From positions 1,798,001 through 1,855,648 of the forward strand of contig CP145411.1 in the NCBI GenBank assembly GCA_036867785.1: 57,648 nucleotides of DNA, given 5' to 3'. The notes under the pieces are model-generated. The model was not told the origin of the DNA. It worked only from the letters and a program-made list of their open reading frames with translations, and searched no databases. Position 1 is the first letter of the stretch, and the number at the start of each line of letters is the position of its first letter. Origin of the DNA: Plasmodiophora brassicae. Its lineage: Eukaryota. A program made the position numbers and the translations under genes. Positions 35,180 through 47,324 of the stretch are shown here, piece by piece.

Positions 35180-37486
35180 TCAAAGTTTATGCCCGCCGGC
35201 GTCGAGCGCCTCGCCCGTTCCGTCTGTCCCGGTGGCCTTGACCGTATTGGTGGTGTCGGTGTGCCCGGGTGCTGTGCCCGATTTCTTCTTGTAGACGCTG
35301 AGCGCCAGCACGATATTGGTCCCCGTGTTCCCGTGGTACACGGCAATGGCTTTGTGGGCGAACAGCGCCAGCACGGCAGATACGACAGAGAACAGCGTCA
35401 GCATCGCCGTCGTCAGCATGCGCGCATCCGCCTGCTCATTCGGGATGTTGTTGGCGATGACGGCAATCAGAGCGGTCAGCAACGTTGTCGAGTACACGCA
35501 GACGCCGATCTGTTTGGCGTCGTTGACCTCTGGGACATCATCGTCCGACGTCTTCACCGCCAGGAACACACCGGCCAAGAACAGCAACGCCTTGTACACG
35601 ACCAACAACGTCGTGACCGTCGGCATCTGCTTCGACGTACACGTCGTCACGTACGGGGTCAGCACGCTCGAGAACGGGTCCAGCGGATCGATTCGCGACG
35701 GCAACGTCACGTCCGCAATGACGATCGGATCAGACGCGAACCACACCGCCAAAACGATTAGGTCGACGACCGGTGCAACGCCAATGACGACGAACATCTG
35801 CCACGGCGGCATCGCGTCGCTATCGATGGTACCCGATTCGCGAATCACGATCCGGACCAGACGTGTGAGCTTGGCGATGTACGCCGACGCAGCCAGCGAT
35901 AGCGCCAGGCAGCAGGTCGCCACACGCGCTTGGCACACAGATCCAGATGATGGCACCGCCATCAGCACAGCGAACACGCACGCCAGTAGGCATGCGACGC
36001 AGATGATATCGTTGACAGCGGGCGCTGACCCCTGGAACAGCACCGTGGTTCGGTACTTGGCGTTGAGCGCCATTGCCGCCAGAACGACAGCGAAAACGAC
36101 CCCGGACATGACGAGCACGGCGGTTTGCGACGACGACGACGCCTGCAGTGGCCGCGACGTCTGCCTAGCGATGGCAACCGGCACCGTCTGGGCACGTGTG
36201 AATCCCCAGTCCACGGCATCGGAGAAGTTGGCTTGCGACTGGTCCACCGTCCCGATCGCTTGCCAAACCAGCTGCCCAGTCACCGCATCCCGACGCCGAT
36301 TGACGATCGTGTACAACGCGATCCGGTTGCCCGTTAACGCGCTCAGCGCGACACGGCCAGTAGCCCCGACCATCGTCGTCTGTCGGATCGCCGACAGCAC
36401 CGACGCCGGCGTCCACGCCTTGCCCGCCTGCTGCAGATTGTGCAATGCGGTGAACGCCATCACGACGCTGTCGTACGTGTAGATCAGCGGGATCGATGGC
36501 GATGCCAGGCCCCATGTGTTCGCCGCCGACGCTGCATGGGCTGAGGACCACGCGTGCTGCAACGCGACGAATTGTGGTGATGTCGCATCGGTGAACGCGA
36601 CTACGCCGACGGCGCCTTCGGGGATGGCATCGGTGTCGGTGGCGCCGACCCAGCCGTCCGTACCGATCCAGGCGTACTGCGGCCCGGTCATGCCGGCGGA
36701 CGCGGCCGCCGTGAACAGGTTGCCCCGGGCGGCTGAGGAGACGAGCGCGACGATGATGCGACGGCCGGTGGATTGCAATTTGACGAGCTGTTCGACGGGA
36801 TGCGTTGCAGGGTCGAATGTGACGGTGGCGTTGATGTTGAGGTGAAGCTTGGCGCAGGACGTGACGAAGGAGGCGAGCTGGGCGGCCCCGTCGGGGTCGC
36901 TAGACGATATAACGACGACCTGCGACCAGGCGAACGTCGAGGCAACGCGGGCGAGCGCCATGGCCTGGACGTCGATGCCCGGGATGATACGTGAGAACGT
37001 CGGGTACGTCGCTGCGGATAACGACGGGTCGGTCGCCGTTGGCGATAGGATCGGGACGTCCATCTGCGCCAGCCAGAACCCGAGGGCGATGGCGTCCAGC
37101 GACGACGATGGACCGATAACGGCTTGGACAGGCGAGGGCTCCAGCACGGACATGTTCCGTCCCAGGACGGTGCAGAACATGGCCGTCGTCGCCGACACCT
37201 GGCTGCCCCGCGAACTCTGCCATCTGACGCGAGCGGTCCGCCCGGGCAGAACGCTGCTGTCGGCGTTGATCGCGTCGACGGCCAGGCGGACGGCGGGGAC
37301 GAACGCGTCGGCGCCGAAATCGAGAATAACGGCCAGGTCGACGGTCGGCAGCGACGGCGTGCAAGGATACGTCGGGCAGCATGTGTACCCGGCGTACGCG
37401 CACGGATCCGAGTCGCACGTGATCACGGGCGACCCAGCCGCCAGGGCGAATGCGCCCAGCAGCAGCAGCACAATCGTCGTCGGCAT
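35180..37486 (-). CDS. Class C (GABA-B-like) GPCR: Venus flytrap/ANF domain plus 7tm_3; apparently intronless
   Basis: LAVDAINADSSVLPG; AVIGPSSS; PILSPTATDPSLS..YPTFSRIIP; YKALLFLAGVFLAVKT..NDAKQIGVCVY. Confidence 0.88.
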   Translation of the reverse strand: MPTTIVLLLLGAFALAAGSPVITCDSDPCAYAGYTCCPTYPCTPSLPTVDLAVILDFGADAFVPAVRLAVDAINADSSVLPGRTARVRWQSSRGSQVSATTAMFCTVLGRNMSVLEPSPVQAVIGPSSSLDAIALGFWLAQMDVPILSPTATDPSLSAATYPTFSRIIPGIDVQAMALARVASTFAWSQVVVISSSDPDGAAQLASFVTSCAKLHLNINATVTFDPATHPVEQLVKLQSTGRRIIVALVSSAARGNLFTAAASAGMTGPQYAWIGTDGWVGATDTDAIPEGAVGVVAFTDATSPQFVALQHAWSSAHAASAANTWGLASPSIPLIYTYDSVVMAFTALHNLQQAGKAWTPASVLSAIRQTTMVGATGRVALSALTGNRIALYTIVNRRRDAVTGQLVWQAIGTVDQSQANFSDAVDWGFTRAQTVPVAIARQTSRPLQASSSSQTAVLVMSGVVFAVVLAAMALNAKYRTTVLFQGSAPAVNDIICVACLLACVFAVLMAVPSSGSVCQARVATCCLALSLAASAYIAKLTRLVRIVIRESGTIDSDAMPPWQMFVVIGVAPVVDLIVLAVWFASDPIVIADVTLPSRIDPLDPFSSVLTPYVTTCTSKQMPTVTTLLVVYKALLFLAGVFLAVKTSDDDVPEVNDAKQIGVCVYSTTLLTALIAVIANNIPNEQADARMLTTAMLTLFSVVSAVLALFAHKAIAVYHGNTGTNIVLALSVYKKKSGTAPGHTDTTNTVKATGTDGTGEALDAGGHKL

Positions 37487-37676
37487 CGTAAGGGTGCCGG
37501 GCTCGACTCGAGGTACGATCACGTTGGATGGCGGACCCTAATCTGGTTAGGCCCCTGGCGCCGAACCTCGACCGACTCGCAGCAGGGTCGCCCCGGGTGT
37601 ACACTGTACTAGGTAGTACATACTGTAACTGGCAGTATAAGCGCGCGCAGGCACACATCAGACCGCCTAGGCAGAG

Positions 37677-40353
37677 ATGTCGGGCACGGCGCTCCTGGTC
37701 GTCGTGGTGGCGCTTGCCGGATCGACGCTGGGCAAGTTCGTCTGCCCCGGGAAGAATGCAGACCCGTGCGCGTCGACCAAACCAGGATGGAACTGGACGT
37801 GCTGTGCGACACACCCGTGCCCGGGTACGTACCCGCCGGGGACGAAGTACATCGATATAGCGCTGGCTGCGCAGTGGGACACGACGACGGGCGAGATCTT
37901 CCTGTACCAGCACGCGGTCGACCTCGTCAACAGCGACCCGACGTGGTTCCCGGGCGAAATCGTGCGCCTGCACCCGGTCAACACGCATTACACCCACGCT
38001 GGTGCCATCAATTCGTTCGGTTGCGACCTGCTCAACGACGACGGTTCGGTGCTGAGCCCCCCGAAGATCCAGGTCCTGATCGGCGACGTGTACAGCCTGG
38101 AATGCGCCGAGGTCGGCATCGTTGCCAACGTTCTCGATATTCCGATGCTGTCGGGGACGGCGGGGTCCGACGCCCTGTCCGACAAGACGCTCTACCGGAC
38201 GTTCAGTCGCACGGTGGCGCCGACCGTCTACCAGAGCCGCGCCATCGCCCAGCTGATGGAATACTTTGGCTGGGACCACATCGGCATCTTCTCCGAGGCC
38301 GACGCCTATTCCGCCGGCCTGCGCGACGCCATCATGACCAACTGTCGCGCCCGAGGCATCACCGTGCTGGCCACCGAAACCCTCGACGTCAACAGCGACG
38401 GGACCGCCGAACTCACCCGGATTCGCGACAGCGGCGCGCGCATCATCTTCCTGAGCCTGATCCTGTGGGACGACAACCTATACAACATCATCGACCGCCT
38501 CGGCATGAACAACCGCAAGTACCTGTTCCTCGGGCCGCACTCCTGGATCGCCGCGCCCTCGAAGCATGTCCCGGTCGGGTCCACCGGCACTATCCTCTAC
38601 ACCGACTCGGAGAACGAGATCTGGAAGAACCTGTCCAAGTTCTGGGCCGATGCCTATGCGCGCGATCCGAATCTGACCTGGAAGTACCCGACGATTCCGA
38701 TGTCGGCGCCGGCGCTCTGGGACGTAAGTGCGGCGCCGGGGAGGACCCGCCGAAACGATCGTTCGCGGCTGCTGACGACGTCTGCCTGCTGTTGACAGGC
38801 GATGTGGTTGGCGTTCCGCGCGATCAAGAACGTGTCGGATTCCGGGCTGCCGCGCACGGGGACCAACATCGTGAACGCGATCCGGACGCAGCACTTCTAC
38901 GGGGCCAGCGGCCCCATCCAGTTGCTGCCCAATGGCGACCGCATCACGCCGTACAACCTGATGAACTACGACGGCGTGTCGTGGCGGCACATGGGGTACA
39001 TCAACGACGGCGGCATTGATTTCAGGCGGCACGATTTCGTGTTTGGCGGCAACCGCACCGACGTGCCGCCATCGCAGGCCAGCGTCAACGCGCTGCGAAT
39101 TGCGGCGTCGACGGCTACGGCCGTGACGTTCATTGTTATGGGCGCCATTGTCGTCATAGCCGCTGCCACCCTGCTTGCCTTCAACGTCTACAATCGCGAC
39201 GTCCTGTTCATCAAGATGTCCAGCCCGCGTACGCCCTGCATCTCGCTGGCGGGATCGTGTGCGCTGATTGGGTCCCGTCTGTCGCTTAGATCTGAACAGC
39301 GTCATCCTGCTGGGGACAATCGTTGCCGCTGTCTACATGATCGCGTCGGCCGCTGCTGAATTCACGGCAGACACACGGGCGTTCAACAGCCTCTGCTCGC
39401 TGCGCCTCGTCTGCCTCGTCATTGGGTTCACATTGTCGTTCGGAGCGCTGTTTGCGAAGACGTACCGCGTGGCGCGTATCTTCGGCCAGAAGCAGATGAA
39501 GGTACGGACACTGCTTCGATAGGATTCCTGCCAGCAATACTATTATCTGATCGACACGTGGTTTAGGTCGTCCGCATTCATACCGCGACCCTGTTCTTCT
39601 ATGTCGGCGTCCTGCTCGTCGCCGATGTCATCCTGCTGTCCGTCTGGTCCGGCGTTGACCCGTTGCATCGTGTCGACGTCCTGCTCAAGTCGTACGCGGC
39701 GCCGCCCCCGCTCTCCGACGATGTCATCATTCAGCCCTACGTCATGACCTGCTCGTCCTCCAACGCCTCTGTTTTCTCCTACATCTTTTACGCCTACAAA
39801 GGTGCCCTCATCCTTATGGGTGCCCTGCTGGCTTTCAAGACCTACCACGTGAACATTCCAGCACTGAAGTCAGTCGAGTGCGCTTCCTTGGCACCGGTCC
39901 CGCCATTCTAACCGACCGTTGTGCAGTGACTCGAAACAGGTCCCGGCGTCGCGGATGAGTACTCATGTCGGTACTGAGTGGATCGCAGATTGGTTTGGCG
40001 ATATACGTCTGCACAGTCCTGGCCGGCGTAGTCGTCCCGGTGCTATCGACCCTGAAACCTGAGCAGGTCGACACGTCCCTGTCCATGTCGTCCGGATGCG
40101 TTCTGGCCTGCGCAGTCGGCCTGCTTACGCTGATCTTCGCGGGCAAGGTCGTCGCAATCTGGTACATACGTGGAGGATAGATGTTTCCAGGGTGTCATTT
40201 CATGCTGCGCTGACCAGGAACGGCGATGCGAACCTGCTGACACATACGCAAGGCACGAAGAACACGGTCTTGAAATCGGCGCGTTCTGGCCTAGGACGCA
40301 TGCAGGGACCAAAGGCATCAGGCACTATCGAGAAACGCGCCCCGGTCATCTAA
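37677..40353 (+). CDS. Class C (GABA-B-like) GPCR (multi-exon)
   Basis: AVDLVNSDP; LIGDVYS; ALSDKTLYRTFSRTV; FIKMSSP; GFTLSFGALFAKTYRVARIF; YKGALILMGALLAFKT. Confidence 0.9.
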
Positions 40354-40769
40354 GCCATCATCACGTGGTCTCTTTCGTGGTCTACCCCGTTTCGGCGCTC
40401 CTCGACAAAATAAAGTTGTATTGGTGACATCAGGCAGCGAGTGTTGGTACCAGAGGTCGCCGAGTGGTACACTTTGCTGATGCTCCTGGGCGCGCCCCCT
40501 GGTTGTTCGGGTCGCTCCCCAGCGGGTCGGTGTCCAGAGGGGCACGGCCGCAGAATGACGCCAGTGCAGAGATGGCGATTGGTTCGCCAGACAGGCAGCG
40601 GGCCTTGGCGGTCTCGACAACGATGCATGCCCGACGCGTTCATCCGCCGTTACTGCTGTTCAGTGAGCACCTCACGTGCGCCCTCTTGGATTCGGACCCA
40701 GACGCGGTCGTCTGGGAGCTGCGTCGCCGGCGGCGGGAACAGGCGCGCTGGGACGTTTAGCTGAACGAA

Positions 40770-41130
40770 CCATGCCCAGGTCAGCGTTCTTCGATCGATA
40801 ACCGACGTTCATCCAAGGCGTGATTACAAGGTGTTGATTGCGAGATGGGGCCACCGTCAGCTGAAACCAAAGATATCGTTTGGAAAGTGAAGTAAAAATT
40901 AGAGGCAACTTGGCCGTTTTCGTTGTCACATATGTGCCACCGTTCTTCTCGTATCGCGAAGAATGTAGAGCTGGTAGGGCAGATTTGTTGATTTCACGAA
41001 ATTAAGTCTGAACTCCGTGGAGAGCGCAAAATGCCGCGCGTGACCTCGTTTGGCGCTGCCGGTGAACCCTGGGATGGCGTCGCCTGGCGTCTCGTTCTCC
41101 AGCAGACCTGCGCCCTGATGATGAACCATG
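40770..41130 (-). pseudogene. Possible remnant of a non-LTR retrotransposon APE endonuclease
   Basis: AT-richer patch; LENETPGDAIPGF and LSKRYLWFQLTV..LVI..YRS resemble APE N-terminal motifs; frameshifted. Confidence 0.35.
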
Positions 41131-42299
41131 GCTAGACCGTGCGCTTAATCACTTCCGCCTGTCCTGTCAGGGTCAGGGCGCAGTGCATCGGCGCCGGCAG
41201 CACATGATCCGGCGGCGGCACACGACGTCTGAGACGCGTTGCCGCATCTGATCATCCATGCGAGCCCTGGCGTCCGCTGAACTGCGCCTGTCATCAACAA
41301 ATTCAGCGTCCTGTCTATGGCTCGAACAATCACATCTTTCGGGTCAGGCCATGCGTTAATCTTCGGCAATCCGTGGCACGGCACTGATTGTCTGTGTCGC
41401 CGACGTTTCAGCACAACTGTACGCAGCCGTCCAATGAAGGCGGACGCCGGGCAACGTGGAGCAGGCGCCACGGAACGTGGTGGATGATTGCGGCGCGACT
41501 GACGACCCGGCGACGCTGCCGGTCGCCAACGCCGCCCACTGCATCGTCGCACAGGGCCGCCCGCCATGCCGCAGCAGTCGTCCTGCCTACCTATGTAGGC
41601 GCGGAGGGACCCGCGTCGCGCCGACCTGCTCATCAGCTTAGGGTTCTGCCGGCATATCGCGACAAACAGAACCGCTCATTACAAGCCGACCAGGTCGACA
41701 CTCGCGCGTCGGCCTGGTGTGCTTGTATTGACCGGTTCTGCTTGTCGCCATATGCCGGCAGGGATGGCGGCGGGTAGTCGCCGACCACCGGCACGGTCCA
41801 ACGGACCGACTACGACCACAACAAGTCCTGCTGGACGCCTGCAGTCGCGACCGACCTGCCTGTTCGGTCGCTCTGCACCTCCAGGACAGGTACGAGTCGT
41901 CGCCTGATGCACTGGCGCCCAGGCCCTCTAACACCTGCTGTACAGGACACGCCAGCCGTCGCCTGTCCAGCACGAGCACGTGCAGGACAGCAGTCGTCCT
42001 GCCTAGGCGGGCGGGGCCATCATCACGTCTACCTGCCCTCAGCTGATTGGCGGTGCCCTGACCGCACGCCGATCGCTGCGCGCCCCTGTCCTTCTGACGG
42101 GCTGACCAACCAAGGGCGCCACCAAGCTCCCCATCTGTCTGGTGAGCTTCGCTTGCCTGCCCTGCAGGTCGTCGCGCAGGGCGGCGGCGTCCAGCCCCCG
42201 TTGCCGCCGGTCGATTTGCGAACGCTTGCTTGCGGTCGACGACCGGCCGTTTCCGAAGCAATTCATATCATTCTCACGATCCGAACATGCCATTCACGT

Positions 42300-42985
42300 C
42301 GTTGCAAACCCTACCGTTTGGTGCGCCCTGACAAGTGACACATCCCGGTATGCCCGACGTCCTCGTGGCTGCTCTGCATCACGTACGACCGCCCCGGATC
42401 CGTTTCCAGGGACAGTCAAGGTGCGCGCCCATACAAAGTCGCGGCATGTAAATGCATTTAGCTACCCTGTGTTAAAACTAATCGGTTTCTTCCCGGCCAC
42501 ATATCCGCATCGTCGACCGAACTCGGGCATGTTGACTCAGCAGGCCTTGCGACGGACCTCCCCAAGGGGTCCCAGTTTCCCACCGACCAGGCGTCTGCTC
42601 AATCGACGCCACATCAGCTGGATTCCGATAGTACTGAAGCGTGTATTATTCGAAGACAGTGCTGATGGACAGCTAGGCCTCCATAGTTTCCACGTTGACA
42701 ATGACGCGCACGGTTTCCTTCCAAACGTCGCCGAACGCCCGGTAAACGGATTCCAGCAGCGCCTCCAGTGAGTCGTACACGATACGGCGCCTTGGCCTGC
42801 TGTTTTGGCCTCTTCTTCAACCAGGCCTGGAATCGATCCTTGTAACGCTATGGCTGTTGCCGAGCTGAGCAAAAGAACGGTCCAGGCTCTGCAGGCCATT
42901 GAATGTAGCCCAACGGCAAGAGGAAGGTTCCGCGACCGCCTGGGGAAGCACTTCAACCATTGCAGGTCCCATTGCAATCCCGGGG
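42300..42985 (-). pseudogene. Possible LINE post-RT (thumb/C-terminal) remnant
   Basis: LQWLKCFPRRSRNLPLAVGLHSMACRAWTVL resembles the LINE 'LQ..LR......L...GL.S...R' segment; interrupted. Confidence 0.35.
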
Positions 42986-43140
42986 CCTCTAACATTTGCT
43001 GGACAGGACGCGACGACTTAGGGTGCGGGTCGGAGCGTCTAACGTCCCGACGACGCTGCCGATCGGCAATGCCGCCAATTGCAACTTCGTACAATGCCGC
43101 CCGATACTCGGTCGTCTCCGGCACCGCATGGCGCAGGTCG

Positions 43141-43620
43141 TCGGCGCCCTGACGCGACTGCCGGTAATGCCTGCTCCCGCGCCGATTCGCCGCCGTCCAG
43201 CGACACGGGCCAGCGGAGCCACTACGACCACAACACGGGGTGCTGGTCGCCAGCCGACGTCCCCGACACGTCTGCGAGATCGCAATGCACCTCGAGGACC
43301 GTCGACGCCCTGACGCGCCTGCCGGCACTTCCTGCACCCGCGCCGACGTCGCCGCCGACCAGCGCCTCGGGTCAACGGACCCACTACGACCACGCACGGC
43401 GTGCTGGACGCCAGCCGATGTCCCCTTCAACACGTCTGCAAGATCGCAATGCACCTCGAGGACCGTCGACGCCCTGACGCGCCTGCCTGCACTTCCTGCA
43501 CCCGCGCCGACGTCGCCGCCGACCAGCGCCTGGGGTCACCGGACCCACTACGACAACGAACGGCGTGCTGGACGCCAGCCGATGTCCCCGTCACGTCTGC
43601 GTGATCGCAGTGCACCTCCA
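43141..43620 (+). repeat. Three tandem copies of a ~161-164-bp unit
   Basis: cgccctgacgcg anchors at ~43145, 43306 and 43470; copies 2 and 3 are nearly identical. Confidence 0.9.
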
Positions 43621-44340
43621 GGACAGGTACGAGTCATCGTCTGCTGCACAGTCGCCCAAGCCCTCTGACACGCTGGAACAGGACACGTCTTCCGTCGCCT
43701 GTGGTCGAAGCGGGCCTGGGAAAGTATCGTCCCAGCCTGCTGCTCAGCTGATGCGGCGCCCTGGTCGTCCGACGATCGCTGCAATCGGTTCTGCGCGCAC
43801 CTGCCCTGCACCATGCGTCGATGACATCATGATGACGGCGTGCTGCTGACCACTCAAGGGGCGTTGCCGACATCACCGTGTGCATTACGAGCGGTGCCTG
43901 CCTGCCTGCTCTTCGTTAATCGAGGCGGCGGCACCCTGCTGCAAGCCATCGACGTCCCGCCGCCATCACTGCCGATCTTTCAACCAGAGCCGTTCCATAC
44001 AAGCAGATGAGGTTGACACGGGCGGACGGGCCCCAACTGGCGCCGAACGGCCGCGTTCGCTGCAGTTGGTGCCGGATGACGGACTGAGGACAGTGGCATC
44101 GCCCCCGTCTGCGTGGCTAAGACCAGACGAGCAGCGCGTGCATGTCGGGCGTCGCAACACGCACGTAGGATCGCTGATTGGGCCGACTTCCAGTAAACGC
44201 GGTTCAGTCCGTATGAGACCGCTCGAGCTCATTACCGCTGAGTTGTACTTCAGTGTGCCGGTTTGGGAGGATATGATCCAGTTCTGTTTGTACTGCATAA
44301 CGAGCGAGACAGCTCAATTTGGCTGTGGGTATGGGGTGGT

Positions 44341-45018
44341 TTACTGCGATCGCACCGCGCTACATCTGTAGAACAGGAGACGGAAGACGCGCTGCCTGAG
44401 CACGCACGCTACATGCGCCTCGGGACAACGCTTCACGCGACCCGTATCGCAGATCGCCCAGCAACCATGGTCCTGCTTGACCCAGGACACGTAATGGCCT
44501 TCGTCGTGTCCAGCGACGTGGGCACCATCCCAGAGGTCCACAAGGCCGACCAGCTCAAGGCGTCTGAGACTCGGACTACCGCCTGTGGCACGACATCCTG
44601 TGCAAAGGAGAAATCAGATATTCCAAGGTATCCATCCATGTTCGTTGTCGGGCCCTGCACCTAGCACCGTCGTCTTGCGGCGCGCCATGGTGACCACCTG
44701 GCCATCGCAACCTCGCTCTCTGACGATTTGGATGGGATCTTGCCGCACAAGCATCACCTGTCCCTGCACGACCTTCCCTTTCATCTGGCGCAAGGTCGTG
44801 CAGCGATGCTCCACACACCGGCCGGAATTGCACGGCCGTTCGGAGGAGCATCTTCTGCTGAGCGTCGTCGTGTGCTCGCTGACGAGCGCATCGGCGAGGG
44901 TCGTCCGGCTCCGCGAACCACCCAGCATAACAACCGGGAGCTCGCAGGGCGGGCGCTTCGAGGCATGGCCGCAGGTTGTGCACGTGTCGACGACGTGCTC
45001 AATGAACCCAACGATCAA
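44341..45018 (-). pseudogene. USP/peptidase C19 deubiquitinase pseudogene, copy A (fingers plus His box), frameshifted
   Basis: DTCTTCGH zinc-ribbon segment; DLWDGAHVAGHDEGHYVSWVKQDHGCWAICDTGRV..FRLLFYR; homologous to 56897-57301. Confidence 0.7.
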
Positions 45019-45244
45019 TGATGAGGCAGGCGTCTGCCGTTCGATTTGCTACGCCATCGCACCGATACAGATCTTGCGCGCGTTGCCCGGCTGGGAACGT
45101 GTCTCCGGGCACGCCCCTTGGGTTCACCTCTACAACCAGGTCATGAACCCACGTCTGGATCCGCAAGTGGCGCCCGATACGCTCGCTGACCTCATCGAGG
45201 TCGTCAGCAACGCTGACCGGGCGACGAGGTCGTTCGGTTTTTAG
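45011..45244 (+). pseudogene. Putative USP Cys-box segment in inverted orientation
   Basis: INDEAGVCRSICYAIAPIQILRALP resembles the Cys box LxN.GNTCY.N..LQ.L..LP; directly abuts the minus-strand fingers region. Confidence 0.45.
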
Positions 45245-45865
45245 CCGCTTCTTGCCCCATCTGCTCCCCGAACGCATGCAGCGTCGTGTCGTCCGCGTAC
45301 AATTGACAGGGCTCGGCTGGCCCGCGAGCATCGGGCATCGGTCGCCGAACCTGTCGACGAGCTCCCTCGGCAGGTCGTCGATGAGTACGTTGAACAAGTC
45401 CGGCGACCCGATGGCGCCCTGGAACAGGCCGACCAGAGCGGGGATGCGGCGGGACCGCTGGCCATCCATGGCAATAATAAAGAAGCAGTCGTCAAAGAGC
45501 GCCTGGATGACGGCCAAGACTGGCGGCGGCACGCCCCGACCAACCAGTTTGTCGTAGACAAGCCGGCGGCGCGCGGTGTCATACGCCTTGCGCATGTCGA
45601 GCAGCACCTCGGTGACTGGGAGCTTCGCGTGCGCATAGAACGACGTCAGCTCATCGGCGCACCAGATGGCTTCTGGTACGCCGATGCCTCAGCGGAATCC
45701 GAACTGCAGCGGGTGCATGTCCAGACACCGGCGGCGTGCATATGGGCGAACAGGAAGGCCTCGAAGGCCTTGCGCAGGTGCGCCTGTAGAGCGATGCCCC
45801 TCCAGTTCGTGGCTCGGCTCGGGTCTGAGTTGGCAATAGGGAGCGGCATGAGTAGACCCGTTTGA
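45245..45865 (-). mobile_element. Non-LTR retrotransposon reverse transcriptase fragment (pseudogenised)
   Basis: GLLMPLP..DPSRATNWRGIAL..LRKAFE; HPLQFGFR*; LLDMRKAYD; GLFQGAIGSPDLFNVLIDDL; QLYADD (45288-45299). Two frameshifts and one stop; truncated after YADD. Confidence 0.9.
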
Positions 45866-47324
45866 CAGGTGACAACGCGTGAAGCAAGAAGAAATCCGCA
45901 CCAAAAATAGGCGCATGGCTGGATGCCCGATTCCGGGGCGCACGCGTGTCTGCGGATTGCGGAGGCTGCTTTTCCAGCGTCATCGACGAACTGCCATTTA
46001 TGGGACCGTGCCGATCGAGCAGGTGCCATCTCCGTGGTGGGCGTCGTCAGCACGGCAGACGACCCGACGACGCTGCCGCCAACGCCGCGTACTGCGATAT
46101 CGTACACTGCCGCCCGGTCGGCACCGTACGGCACAAGTGGTCCAGACCCAGATGCGCCTGCCTGCCCTGTCCGCTCGCGCCGACGTCGCCGCCGCCGAAC
46201 CGAGGCACGGGTCAACACGACCGCTACGACCTCAATACGGCCTGCTGGACGCCAGGCGACGTTTCCGACACGTCTGCGAGATCGTACTGTACCTTGACGA
46301 TAGGTACAAGTCATCGCCTGCTGCACAGTCACGCAGGCCTTCTGACACGCTGGACGTCACAGGTCTGCCGTCGAAGCGGGATGGGTACAACGTCGCGCAG
46401 GCCTGGTGACGCACTCGTCGTCCGACAATTGCTACGACTTGGCATGCCGCGCCCCAGCCCTGCACCATGCGCCGGTGGCTGGCTGTCCAGCCAGGGTCGT
46501 CGCCGACCTCCCTGTCTGCGCGTCGAGCGGTGCCTGCCTGCCTGCGCTGTGTCCGGCATCGCATGTCGCAAGTCCTCGACGTCCCGAGGCGCCTGACGAC
46601 TGTTGCGACATCGTCGATGCATCCTTCAGGATGTCTGCAGATGCGCCGAACACTTCTGGGCGAACGCCATGCACTGGTACGGATTGTCGTCTAATGCAAA
46701 GGACCAGGTCCTCACACGTTCTGCACAGGACTCGCACCTCGCGTGTCGCCGACGACCTGTCGCGCCTGCTTGCCCTGCATGCGTCCTCGCCGTGGTCGTC
46801 ATCGACCGGCGCCACCGGCAAACGCGGCCGCCTACGACCATAACAGGGCGCTGCTGGCCGCCTGTTCACCTCCTGGTCAGCGGCGTGTCGTCGCCCTGAT
46901 TGCCCTAGCCACCGACGCCCGGATACGCCTTCCTGCCCCTGTTTGCGTCCATGTCGACGTCGCCGCCGACCATATCTGGACGGGCCAACTCATTCACGAC
47001 GAAGACAACGCCCCTGCGACGCCGCCGCCACCCTAACACCACGGGTCAATAGATCTACCACGACCGCGACACGTCCTGCAGGACGCCTGCTGACGCACCA
47101 GATACATGTGGCCGGACGCCCTGCACCTTCACGACAGGTACGAGTCGACGCCTGACGATGCACGGGGTCCCGGGACATTTGACATTCTGGACAGGACTCG
47201 AGTGCCGTCGCCTATCCAGCACGAGGACCGGCAGCGCAGCAGGCATCATGGCGATAACGCTGCTTTTCTGCAAGGCGAAGGTCCATTAACCTGTTGCCTT
47301 TCGAACCGGCTGACATTCATGTCG

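Noticed and set aside
43141-43620. CRISPR-like array
   Set aside because: Long tandem units without unique spacers, no cas genes, and a eukaryotic context.
45236-45246. ggtttttag at the RT/USP junction as an interstitial telomere seed
   Set aside because: A single partial unit; too short to distinguish from chance.
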